Of a stretch of 53,359 bases of DNA, positions 1-7,178 are shown piece after piece. The notes under the pieces were generated by a model. That model made no database searches. It was not told the origin of the DNA and was given only the letters and a program-made list of their open reading frames with translations. Position 1 is the stretch's first letter. Every line of letters begins with the position of its first letter. Source of the stretch: Candidatus Wildermuthbacteria bacterium RIFCSPHIGHO2_01_FULL_48_27b (lineage in GTDB: Bacteria > Patescibacteriota > Minisyncoccia > Minisyncoccales > UBA10102); assembly GCA_001824915.1 (NCBI GenBank), contig MHTS01000027.1, forward strand, positions 1 through 53,359. The letters run 5' to 3'. The position numbers and the translations under genes are program-made.

Positions 1-378
1 TACGGCGCGCGCAGTCCCGATTTTCTCTTCCTCCTGCAGCTGGTATGTAATTTTTAAGCCATACTTTGAGCCATCGCCTAAAGTTTTTTGTACTTCTTTC
101 CCGCCCTTATGCAGCAAGAGAACAATCTCTTTTATGCCGTGCGCTCGCAAAAGCTCCAAGCCATGTTCAATTACCGGCTTGCCCTCGAATGAAGTAGTGC
201 AAGCAAAATCTTTATGCCCCGCGATAATAAGGGCTTTTTGTACATTGGCGCCGAGCGCTTGGTTCAAAAAATACTCGATAGCGTGCGAACGGTTCCGAAT
301 AGTCTTCCCGTCTATAGCGCGGTCAAGTCTTTTTAAGATGTCTTTTTTGAGGGTTATGGCAATTTTACTGCGCTGCAT
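1..378 (-). CDS. nucleotidyltransferase-like protein with N-terminal ribbon-helix-helix segment (C-terminus outside window)
   Basis: Not in the ORF track because it runs off the window edge. The reverse complement from the ATG at 378 reads MQRSKIAITLKKDILKRLDRAIDGKTIRNRSHAIEYFLNQAL...ALIIAGHKD...GKPVIEHGLELLRAHGIKEIVLLLHKGG...GDGSKYGLKITYQLQEEEKIGTARAV with no stop. This is a CopG/RHH-like head plus a sugar-nucleotidyltransferase-like core. A G-tract-TTGACA-16-TATGAT promoter lies at 406-440. Confidence 0.65.
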   Translation of the reverse strand, partial: MQRSKIAITLKKDILKRLDRAIDGKTIRNRSHAIEYFLNQALGANVQKALIIAGHKDFACTTSFEGKPVIEHGLELLRAHGIKEIVLLLHKGGKEVQKTLGDGSKYGLKITYQLQEEEKIGTARAV

Positions 379-473
379 GGGGGAATTCTCAAATTATCAT
401 ACTTTATCATACTTTTTCCAAAACTCTTGTCAACCCCCCCTTTATTCTTGACTAGTTATCCACAGATGATATT

Positions 474-3005
474 ATGAAAAGCAATCTCCGGGAGCCTATC
501 CCGGACCCTATGAAACAAACAAAATCTCCTTCTGAACCTCAAGACGACTTACGCAATAAACATCTCCTTGTCGTAAACTCCGGATACCGAAGAAAAGAAT
601 TTATCCTCAAGCGTATCCAAGAACTTGGATGCACCATTATTCTCTTAAACAAAGAGAGGAATTGGGCGCAAAAATATGTAGATTCTTTTATTCTCGCGGA
701 CACAAACAATCATTCAGAGAGCCTCGAAGCTGTAAAAAAATACGCCGAACACAGCCCTATTGATGGCGTTATTACTTTTTGGGAAGATGACGTGCTGCTC
801 TGCGCCAAAATCGTGGATATGCTTGGCCTCCCCGGCATCCCCTACCGAGTAGCGAGAGTAGCAAGAAATAAATATCTGTTCCGAGATTTCTGCAAAGAGG
901 CCGGACTCCCAACGCCTCAACACCGTACTATTTCATCGCAGGACGATGTTGATTTCGTGATAGAGCACTTTAACTTTCCGGTTATAGCTAAACCAGTATA
1001 CGGTTCAAGTTCAGCTTTAGTGGTGAAGATAGAGAAGAAACGAGATCTCCAAAAAATCATCCAATACATTTCAGAGAACATTTCAGAAAAAATGGAATCT
1101 GCTTTGATGGCAGGATCTCAAATCTTTGTAGAAGAATATTTAGATGGGCAAGAGGTGGACATTGATATGCTTGTTCAGAATGGCAAGGTAAAATTTCACT
1201 CCATTACTGATAACGAGCCGACCGACGAGCCATTCTTCATTGAAGTCGGAGACTCCATACCCTCAAGTCTCTTGGAAGAAAGCCAGCAAAAGCTATTCGA
1301 AATGGCATCGGAAACGCTTGAAAAACTTGGGATTCAGCAGGGATGCATACACTTTGAAGCAAAGTGGACCAAGAGAGGCCCATTCCCCATTGAGGTAAAC
1401 CTTCGCATGGGCGGAGACTATGTGCACTCTTTGGTGAAAGGATGTTGGGGTGTGGATCTTGTGGAATGCGCGGCAAAAATCGCTCTGGGCTTGTATATTA
1501 AGCCAGAAAAACCCACTCAACCCTTACAGTACCTTAAGGGGCAGTGTTTTCTTTCCGATTATTCCGGCGTTCTTGTCGAATTAGACGTCGACGAAGAACT
1601 CTACAAAAAACAGTATTTCGAACAGTTCTACTTTTTGAAAGAAGTGGGAGACCCGGTACTTGTACCTCCCGAAGGATATGAATACTTAGGATGGGTAGTC
1701 GTGAAAGGAGAAAGCCCTGTAGTCGTGCAAAATAACTTGGAGGAAGCTCTTGAGTATGTGCGCTATACCGTAGCAAAATATCATCCTACCTCTTCGGTAG
1801 GGAAAACAATCAGAAAAACTCCTCTTTCTCTGGCCTCTTTCGCCAGAGAACAAATCAAAGCATCTGCCACTGTGGAACGCGTAAAAGCACTCAAAAAGGA
1901 AGGGTTGCGAGTAGGAGTATTATGCAACATCTATACCAAAGAAACTTCACAGAACCCCGGTGAAGAAGAGGCGGAAGAAGACACCACAACCTCTGCTCTT
2001 CAAATTAAAGCGGCACTCGAAAAAAGGGGTCACAGTGTGCAGCTTTTCGATATGAATCAATTGCTTCCCACCATAAACCGCCTCGCAAAAAGAGACGTAG
2101 ATATCGTGTTTAACGCCTGCGAGCGCATAAACAATTCGAGTCTTCTTAAACCTCACGCTTCAGCGATACTGGATATTCTCAATATACCCTACACAGGGTC
2201 TAACCCTGTTGCGAGAGCGAACAGCATGGACAAAATTATCACCAAAAAAATCCTGCAGTACCACGGCATTCCAACCCCTAAATTTGATTATCTTTTTTCT
2301 ATAGACGACAAAATAAATTCTGAATTGGAATATCCGCTTATCGTAAAACCGGCAAACACCGATGACAGCATCGGAATTACCCAAAAATCAGTGGTAACCA
2401 ACGAACGCCAGCTTTTTGCACAAGTAAAAGAGATTATCACCATGTTCAAGAGACCCGTGCTCGTAGAGGAATATATCACAGGTTCGGAGCTCGACATAGG
2501 AGTTATTGGGAATCGCGGCAACATCCGCGTGCTCCCTATTGAGCGAACTCTTTTCGATAAAGTCCCGAACGGAAAATGGGGAATCTACTCCTACGACGAC
2601 AAATGGGGTAAAACCGATATTCACAAATACTTTACCGTGGAATCTCCGGCGCGCATCCCAAAAAAACGAATGCAGCTTGCTTCGGAAATAGCGATTGACG
2701 TATTCAATGCCTTGGGCTGCCACGACTACGCAAGGGTTGAAATGCGTATGGATGAAGATGGAAATATCTACGTTATCGAGCTGAACGCACACCCCACCCT
2801 TGAAGAAGGAAGTTACTTTGGAAGGGTAGGGAAAAAGCTGGATCTCTCATTTAGCGATATTCTGCAGGAAATTATAGAAGCTGCCGCGGAACGCTATGCC
2901 AACAAACCGCCTTTCTATCACTTGCAAGGCAATATAGAAGTGCCCGTAGATATTATTCCTCCTCCGGTAAAGGAAGTGCAAAAAGCGCCTGTGCGTTCTC
3001 TGTAG
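474..3005 (+). CDS. tandem ATP-grasp protein: N-terminal L-amino-acid-ligase-like ATP-grasp fused to C-terminal D-alanine--D-alanine ligase-like ATP-grasp
   Basis: 843-aa ORF. The N half has ATP-grasp motifs (FPVIAKPVYGSSS, IFVEEYLDGQEVDIDML, IEVNLRMGG). The C half is Ddl-like (VGVLCN..., DIVFNACE, IPYTGSNPVA, YPLIVKPANTDDSIGI, VLVEEYITGSELDIGVIGN, ARVEMRMDEDGNIYVIELNAHP). The start may instead be ATG 510, because ATG 474 overlaps a TATTAT -10 box. Confidence 0.8.
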   Translation: MKSNLREPIPDPMKQTKSPSEPQDDLRNKHLLVVNSGYRRKEFILKRIQELGCTIILLNKERNWAQKYVDSFILADTNNHSESLEAVKKYAEHSPIDGVITFWEDDVLLCAKIVDMLGLPGIPYRVARVARNKYLFRDFCKEAGLPTPQHRTISSQDDVDFVIEHFNFPVIAKPVYGSSSALVVKIEKKRDLQKIIQYISENISEKMESALMAGSQIFVEEYLDGQEVDIDMLVQNGKVKFHSITDNEPTDEPFFIEVGDSIPSSLLEESQQKLFEMASETLEKLGIQQGCIHFEAKWTKRGPFPIEVNLRMGGDYVHSLVKGCWGVDLVECAAKIALGLYIKPEKPTQPLQYLKGQCFLSDYSGVLVELDVDEELYKKQYFEQFYFLKEVGDPVLVPPEGYEYLGWVVVKGESPVVVQNNLEEALEYVRYTVAKYHPTSSVGKTIRKTPLSLASFAREQIKASATVERVKALKKEGLRVGVLCNIYTKETSQNPGEEEAEEDTTTSALQIKAALEKRGHSVQLFDMNQLLPTINRLAKRDVDIVFNACERINNSSLLKPHASAILDILNIPYTGSNPVARANSMDKIITKKILQYHGIPTPKFDYLFSIDDKINSELEYPLIVKPANTDDSIGITQKSVVTNERQLFAQVKEIITMFKRPVLVEEYITGSELDIGVIGNRGNIRVLPIERTLFDKVPNGKWGIYSYDDKWGKTDIHKYFTVESPARIPKKRMQLASEIAIDVFNALGCHDYARVEMRMDEDGNIYVIELNAHPTLEEGSYFGRVGKKLDLSFSDILQEIIEAAAERYANKPPFYHLQGNIEVPVDIIPPPVKEVQKAPVRSL

Positions 3006-3840
3006 TTATTCTCGCCACCTCCTCAAGACTTACGTTTTTGATGCGCGCGATTTCTTCTGCCACATATCGCACGAACGAAGGTTCGTTTCTTTCTTGTCCC
3101 GCCGCAGGCGGGACAAGATATGGGGAATCTGTTTCCAGAACAATGCGTTCAAGCGGAATAGATGCAATAACTTCTTTTGGATCCGGCAAAGCCGGCACAT
3201 CTTTGAAAATCAACCCATTAAATCCTATATATAACCCGAGTTCAATAAACTTCTGCGCCTGCTCCGCAATGCCTGTATAGCTATGAACCACCCCCCGCAA
3301 GTGGTTAGTAGTTAGTAGTTCAAGCAAGTCTTCGTGCGCTTTCCGGCAATGAAGAATAACAGGCAGGCCGAATTCACCTGCCAAATCCATTTGTTTTTGT
3401 AAAACTTCTTTTTGCTTCTCTTTAATCTTTTCTCTTTTCACTTTGCTCTTTGGAAAGTAATAATAGTCCAACCCAACCTCCCCTATCGCCACCACTTTCC
3501 CTTTTAAAGAACCAGAAATAAGTTCCTTATACGCCTCGTAATCGAATTCTTCCGCTCTCGTTTCAAAACTTTCCCACGGCTGCATTGCGCCAGCATCCTC
3601 TGATTGAGTTTCCAGCACATCAACCTTTCTTTGCTCTCCAATATGGATTGGGTGCAGACCAATGGCAGCGTATACCCCGTGTTCGTACTGTTCGGCAATC
3701 CTCACGGCACGGGCAGAAGTAGAATATTGAGACCCGGGCATAATAACCTGGATATCATTCTCTAGCGCCCGCCTCAAAACTTGATCGGCATCCTCCTTGA
3801 ATGCATTAAAATTTACGTGCCCATGCGTGTCTACAAACAT
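2953..3840 (-). CDS. TatD family metal-dependent hydrolase (DNase)
   Basis: MFVDTHGHVNF, GLHPIH, EVGLDYYY, LPVILHCRKAHEDL, VVHSYTG and LETDSPYL motifs. Its 3' end overlaps the convergent ATP-grasp gene by 53 nt. Confidence 0.9.
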   Translation of the reverse strand: MFVDTHGHVNFNAFKEDADQVLRRALENDIQVIMPGSQYSTSARAVRIAEQYEHGVYAAIGLHPIHIGEQRKVDVLETQSEDAGAMQPWESFETRAEEFDYEAYKELISGSLKGKVVAIGEVGLDYYYFPKSKVKREKIKEKQKEVLQKQMDLAGEFGLPVILHCRKAHEDLLELLTTNHLRGVVHSYTGIAEQAQKFIELGLYIGFNGLIFKDVPALPDPKEVIASIPLERIVLETDSPYLVPPAAGQERNEPSFVRYVAEEIARIKNVSLEEVARITTENAQALFALPLPEEE

Positions 3841-3925
3841 AACGAGTTTATTGTACTTCCGCTATCCAAAAAAAACAAAGACCCGCAATAAGGCGAAGGA
3901 AATAGTCAATAGAAAAACTGGGGAT

Positions 3926-3963
3926 AAAAAAACGGGTTCATTCTTCCCACGAAGAATGAACCC
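3926..3963 (-). terminator. rho-independent terminator after the 54-aa gene
   Basis: On the minus strand: GGGTTCATTCTTC-GTGG-GAAGAATGAACCC, a 13-bp stem followed by a run of seven T. Confidence 0.8.
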
Positions 3964-3993
3964 TTACTAAACAACCGGATGGACAAAAGTAAT

Positions 3994-4158
3994 TCAGGAA
4001 ATAATCTGACCGGCGGCGGCGCGCGCCAGCATTTGCCGAATTCTCTTCAGCTCATCCACTTCGGCCGGAGAGAGATAACGCTCCCCCTGTATCTGGACAA
4101 GCTCGTCAAGCCTGTCCTCGATTCTCCCGACTGCGTTTGTATCGTTTACAGAGTTCAC
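3994..4158 (-). CDS. small GC-rich hypothetical protein (54 aa)
   Basis: A GTG start at 4158 is preceded by CAGGAGGGGTTCT (SD). The protein reads VNSVNDTNAVGRIEDRLDELVQIQGERYLSPAEVDELKRIRQMLARAAAGQIIS. The 118-aa ORF in the track is an upstream extension through the leader and terminator region. Confidence 0.45.
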   Translation of the reverse strand: MNSVNDTNAVGRIEDRLDELVQIQGERYLSPAEVDELKRIRQMLARAAAGQIIS

Positions 4159-4242
4159 AGAACCCCTCCTGATATATGCTCTGCGCTGTTGGTGTTCAGC
4201 GCATCGAGCGGATAACACTTGTATTACCCATTCGATGCACTT

Positions 4243-4271
4243 AACAAAAGCGGCCTCCTTTAGGAGACCGC
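4243..4271 (-). terminator. attenuator terminator in the leader of the 54-aa gene
   Basis: Minus-strand RNA reads GCGGUCUCC-UAAA-GGAGGCCGC followed by UUUUGUU. The upstream GGGAGGCC (about 4310-4317) can pair with GGUCUCC as an alternative structure. Confidence 0.55.
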
Positions 4272-4300
4272 CGGTTAAAGAATTTCGAAAATGTTTATCT

Positions 4301-4372
4301 TTAGCAAAAGGCCTCCCGTTTCGTGGGGTTAATAATGCTAATAATTTCAATTGCCAAAGATGCCTTCTGCAT
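4301..4372 (-). CDS. candidate leader peptide, Ile-rich (MQKASLAIEIISIINPTKREAFC)
   Basis: 23-codon ORF starting 12 nt after a -10 box, so nearly leaderless. Five of seven consecutive codons are Ile (ATT). It sits directly upstream of a terminator/antiterminator arrangement. Confidence 0.35.
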   Translation of the reverse strand: MQKASLAIEIISIINPTKREAFC

Positions 4373-4384
4373 ACTAATAAAGAT

Positions 4385-4416
4385 ATGATATCAAGATAAA
4401 ATATATTGTCAACCCC
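4385..4416 (-). promoter_or_regulatory. sigma70-type promoter GGGGTTGACA-16-TATCAT
   Basis: Read on the minus strand. It shares the G-tract plus TTGACA form seen at 428-440, 5338-5348, 8375-8384 and 17105-17114. Confidence 0.6.
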
Positions 4417-4427
4417 GAGATTGAGGG

Positions 4428-4503
4428 TGGTGAGGCGAGTCGGATTCGAACCGACACCTACGGCCCCTCAAGCCGTCGCTCGTGCCAAACGAGCTATCGC
4501 CTC
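4428..4503 (-). tRNA. tRNA with anticodon GAG (Leu by anticodon) but a class I body with a 4-nt variable loop; CCA encoded
   Basis: Hand-folded cloverleaf: GAGGCGA-TA-GCTC-GTTTGGCAC-GAGC-G-ACGGC-TTGAGGG-GCCGT-AGGT-GTCGG-TTCGAAT-CCGAC-TCGCCTC-A-CCA. It has the T-loop TTCGAAT, GG in the D-loop, G37 and A73. Position 14 is G, which is unusual. Confidence 0.8.
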
Positions 4504-4517
4504 ACCTTTTAGCAAAG

Positions 4518-4772
4518 CTACCCTTGGACCTTAACGGGTAGCTTGTTGAGGGCTTGGACACAGGCGTCAACGACGCGACATACGCGCTCCCGATACTGGA
4601 GCACAGCATCTAGTTCAGGAACTGTCTCTCCCTGCGCTATCGTCAGAGTAATGGTAGACAGAGGATCTTCAGCCAGATCTCCGGGAGTTCGCGCCAGCAC
4701 GGCAGTCGCCGTGGGAACCTCCCCGATCTTAGCAGCCACGTCGAGCCTAACAACTCCCCACTGGTCCGACAT
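4518..4772 (-). CDS. small GC-rich hypothetical protein (84 aa)
   Basis: ATG 4772 is preceded by GAGGGAGGGATTTT (strong SD). The protein reads MSDQWGVVRLDVAAKIGEVPTATAVLARTPGDLAEDPLSTITLTIAQGETVPELDAVLQYRERVCRVVDACVQALNKLPVKVQG. No recognisable family. Confidence 0.5.
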   Translation of the reverse strand: MSDQWGVVRLDVAAKIGEVPTATAVLARTPGDLAEDPLSTITLTIAQGETVPELDAVLQYRERVCRVVDACVQALNKLPVKVQG

Positions 4773-4790
4773 AAAATCCCTCCCTCGAAT

Positions 4791-5143
4791 GTGCTTGCGC
4801 CTTGAGCGCATTAAGGATTCGCAGCTAGATTTGCGAATCCACTGATAAGCTCAACTACTGCTAAATGATGACTCCCTCAGGAACATCGCGTGAGCAACGT
4901 CCTGGGGGCATTGGGGAGTATTAGGCTATGGAAACTCCGCGCAGGCGCAGCGCTTCTCTGTGTCTTCCTCTCTACAAGTAAGGTGCTAGAGAGCAGAGGA
5001 GAGGGCATGGATAACCCAGCTCCTCTGCTCCCTTATGAACACTTCCCCCTCAGATGTTCGCCAAGGGACGGTGTTCTTTTCGCAAGCCCATGTTTCTGGC
5101 CTGCAAATTATCCTAAAGTTTTTAAGGACAATTTCCAGCCCGG
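4791..5143. ncRNA. GC-rich highly structured non-coding region (unclassified RNA or long 5' leader of the 84-aa gene)
   Basis: No protein-like ORF on either strand. Many perfect helices are present, for example GAGCAGAGGAG/CTCCTCTGCTC (11 bp), CTCTCTA/TAGAGAG, GAACAC/GTGTTC, GGATTCGCA/TGCGAATCC and GGAGT/ACTCC. Confidence 0.35.
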
Positions 5144-5176
5144 AAAACAAAGAACCTCCCTTTGACTGGGAGGTTC
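5144..5176 (-). terminator. rho-independent terminator after the 33-aa ORF
   Basis: Minus strand: GAACCTCCC-AGTCAAA-GGGAGGTTC followed by TTTGTTTT. Confidence 0.7.
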
Positions 5177-5199
5177 GGTGAAATATCGAAGTTCTTATT

Positions 5200-5301
5200 T
5201 TACAAATTTCTTCCAGCCAAATTAAGGGGTTTCGTAATACCCAACAAGACGACCAAGACAATCATGATATTCTGGATTTGGTTGGCTAAATTCTGTCGCA
5301 T
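5200..5301 (-). CDS. candidate 33-aa hydrophobic peptide (MRQNLANQIQNIMIVLVVLLGITKPLNLAGRNL): leader peptide or small membrane peptide
   Basis: The ATG lies 13 nt after the -10 of a GGGGGTTGACA-17-TATATT promoter (5315-5348). The core IMIVLVVLLGI is almost entirely Ile/Val/Leu. A terminator follows. Confidence 0.3.
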   Translation of the reverse strand: MRQNLANQIQNIMIVLVVLLGITKPLNLAGRNL

Positions 5302-5314
5302 AAATCTTTGTTTG

Positions 5315-5348
5315 AATATACACGACCCAAAGCATGCTGTCAACCCCC
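5315..5348 (-). promoter_or_regulatory. sigma70-type promoter GGGGGTTGACA-17-TATATT
   Basis: Consensus -35 and near-consensus -10 with a 17-nt spacer, read on the minus strand. Confidence 0.65.
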
Positions 5349-5407
5349 ACAAAAATGCGCTCCTCAGGAGAAGAGCGCAACTTATCACAATTCTCAATGA
5401 ACCAAGC

Positions 5408-5599
5408 TCATCGAGTCTTCCATGTCCGCCAGAAGAGGTCCACAAGCCCCTTGATAATCAAGGTAAACATAGATCCGAACGCAAGAATTAATCCAATCAA
5501 ATAGATCTCGCGAACACCAGAGAACCCGCCTATCAAGGAAAGAACCATGCCCGTGAATGTTCCGATAAAGAGCGACCACTCTACTGCATTCTTTTTCAT
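5408..5599 (-). CDS. small two-helix membrane protein (63 aa)
   Basis: ATG 5599 is preceded by GGAGGGCGTGAG. The protein reads MKKNAVEWSLFIGTFTGMVLSLIGGFSGVREIYLIGLILAFGSMFTLIIKGLVDLFWRTWKTR. A hairpin plus T-run lies at 5350-5378. Confidence 0.5.
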   Translation of the reverse strand: MKKNAVEWSLFIGTFTGMVLSLIGGFSGVREIYLIGLILAFGSMFTLIIKGLVDLFWRTWKTR

Positions 5600-5738
5600 C
5601 TCACGCCCTCCATGCCGACATTTTCTATCTAAAGCATACAACTCTTATATTAAACAGTCCAGCTAAGCATAATTTCATCGACCTAATAATGCTATAGCAA
5701 GATTAAGTCGATAGTTTTTATCCTGAAAGGTAAGGTGG

Positions 5739-5784
5739 TTAGAGCTGGGCTAGGACGGTCTTTAGAGCTGGACTAGGGCGGTCT
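5739..5784. repeat. two tandem 23-nt direct repeats
   Basis: TTAGAGCTGGGCTAGGACGGTCT then TTAGAGCTGGACTAGGGCGGTCT (21/23 identical). They are followed by TAGCCCAGCC, the inverse of GCTGGGCT, and by a GGGGGGTTGACA box at 5799-5810. Confidence 0.7.
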
Positions 5785-5816
5785 TAGCCCAGCCAAGCTG
5801 TCAACCCCCCTATCAA

Positions 5817-5852
5817 TAAAAACGGGCGAGGACTCCTTTGGGAGCCTCGCCC
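5817..5852 (-). terminator. rho-independent terminator after DAHP synthase
   Basis: Minus strand: GGGCGAGGCTCC-CAAA-GGAGTCCTCGCCC followed by GTTTTTAT. Confidence 0.75.
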
Positions 5853-5890
5853 ATGCAATACAAGGTGCAATAATAAGGATGCAGAAATGT

Positions 5891-6937
5891 CTAGACGACG
5901 GCCTGCGCTGCAGGCACCTCGTCTGGCATGCGGCGGCCCAGGGCGCCGGCGACGGCGCGGACGCCCTTCATCAGATCGTTGAAGTTCTCGAACGTGAGCG
6001 ACTGCGCGCCGTCGCTCCACGCCGTGTCCGGGTTCGGGTGGACCTCAATGATCAGGCCGTGCGCGCCCGCCGCCACCGCAGCCAGGGCCATTGGCTTCAC
6101 CAGGTACCACTTCCCCGTCCCGTGGCTCGGGTCCGCGATGACCGGCAGGTGGCTCAGCTTCTTGATCACCGGGATCGCCGTCAGGTCCAGCGTGTTGCGC
6201 GTGCCCGTCTCGAAGGTACGGATGCCGCGCTCGCAGAGGATGACGTTGGGGTTGCCGCCCGCCAGGATGTACTCCGCACACAGCAGCCACTCCTCGTACG
6301 TCGTGGCGAAGCCGCGCTTGAGCAGCACTGGGCGCTGCACCTTGCCCACCCGATCCAGCAGTGGGTAGTTCTGGATGTTCCGCGCGCCGATCTGCAGGAT
6401 GTCGGCGTACTCCGCGACGGTCTCGACCTCCTCCGTGGACATCACCTCGGTGATGATCGGCAGCCCGGTCTCCTCGCGCGCCTTGGCCAGCATCCTCAGG
6501 CCGGTCACGCCATGGCCCCGGAAGGAGTACGGCGATGTCCGCGGCTTGTACGCCCCGCCACGCATGATCATCGCGCCCGCCGCCTTGATCGCCTTGGCCG
6601 TGGTGATAACCTGCTCCTCCGACTCCACGGCGCACGGCCCGGCCATCACGACCACTTGGTCTGACCCGATGGCCACGTTGCCGACCCTGACGATAGTGCT
6701 CTCCGGCTTGAACTCCCGGCTGCCGAGTTTGTACTGCTTGGTAACCCGCAGCACCTCGCTGACTCCACGCAAGAGCTCAAGCTCATCCTTGAGCTCCGGC
6801 ACGATGCGTCCCTCGACGCCGATGATCGTGCGCTCCACGCCGACACTGATGTGAGGCTTATAACCTCGCCCGTCGATGTATGCCGCCACACACTCGATAT
6901 CCTTCTTGGTTGAATCCTGCTTCATCACCACGATCAT
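5891..6937 (-). CDS. aroF: 3-deoxy-7-phosphoheptulonate (DAHP) synthase, class I-beta, with N-terminal ferredoxin-like regulatory domain
   Basis: 348 aa. Motifs: [59 protein letters not shown] and PVIADPSHG. The N-terminal 70 aa resemble the Thermotoga-type FL regulatory domain. Strongly GC-rich, with a GAAGGAG SD. Confidence 0.9.
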   Translation of the reverse strand: MIVVMKQDSTKKDIECVAAYIDGRGYKPHISVGVERTIIGVEGRIVPELKDELELLRGVSEVLRVTKQYKLGSREFKPESTIVRVGNVAIGSDQVVVMAGPCAVESEEQVITTAKAIKAAGAMIMRGGAYKPRTSPYSFRGHGVTGLRMLAKAREETGLPIITEVMSTEEVETVAEYADILQIGARNIQNYPLLDRVGKVQRPVLLKRGFATTYEEWLLCAEYILAGGNPNVILCERGIRTFETGTRNTLDLTAIPVIKKLSHLPVIADPSHGTGKWYLVKPMALAAVAAGAHGLIIEVHPNPDTAWSDGAQSLTFENFNDLMKGVRAVAGALGRRMPDEVPAAQAVV

Positions 6938-7017
6938 CGGCTGTCTCCTTCTTCTCTGGCTCTATGTTTAGTGCCAGTTTCGAAAGTCAATACAAATTCA
7001 CTCTCGAAATTGGCATT

Positions 7018-7047
7018 AAAAAACGAAAGCCAGCCTCGTCGGCTGGG
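7018..7047 (-). terminator. attenuator terminator in the DAHP synthase leader
   Basis: Minus-strand RNA reads CCAGCC-GACGA-GGCUGG followed by CUUUCGUUUUUU. AUCGUCGGC inside the leader ORF (plus strand 7111-7119) is complementary to GCCGACGA, which forms the 5' arm and loop of the terminator. Confidence 0.6.
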
Positions 7048-7087
7048 AATCTAGTATCTTTTGCTTATTGTTTTTCTTTCTCGTTAC

Positions 7088-7171
7088 CTATTTTTGGATA
7101 CTAAAATTATGCCGACGATTTTGGCTAGTAAAAGTAAAATACCAAAAGGAATATCTCAACTGTAAACTCAT
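7088..7171 (-). CDS. candidate leader peptide rich in all three aromatic residues (MSLQLRYSFWYFTFTSQNRRHNFSIQK)
   Basis: 27-codon ORF whose ATG lies 7 nt after a TAAGAA(T) -10 box, so effectively leaderless. Six of eight consecutive residues are Tyr/Phe/Trp (YSFWYFTF). A terminator lies about 40 nt after its stop. Confidence 0.55.
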   Translation of the reverse strand: MSLQLRYSFWYFTFTSQNRRHNFSIQK

Positions 7172-7178
7172 GGTTTTA

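Noticed and set aside
3994-4350. The 118-aa ORF from the track.
   Set aside because: Its upstream two-thirds runs through an AT-rich leader containing a terminator hairpin and has no SD. A GTG with a strong SD at 4158 gives a compact GC-rich 54-aa gene instead.
4890-5261. The 91-aa ORFs on both strands (4890..5165 + and 4986..5261 -).
   Set aside because: The translations are not protein-like and have no SD. The region is dominated by perfect helices, so it is treated as structured RNA instead.
5739-5784. A CRISPR array.
   Set aside because: There are only two adjacent 23-nt repeats with no spacers and no cas genes. No other repeat-spacer structure occurs in the window.
5879-6664. Long ORFs inside or antisense to DAHP synthase: 5879..6664 +, 5928..6368 +, 6375..6854 + (antisense); 6045..6635 -, 6646..6891 - (alternative frames on the coding strand).
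   Set aside because: These are typical alternative-frame ORFs of a GC-rich gene. The translations are Arg/Ala/Pro/Gly-rich low-complexity sequences, while the 5891..6937 minus frame carries all DAHP synthase motifs.
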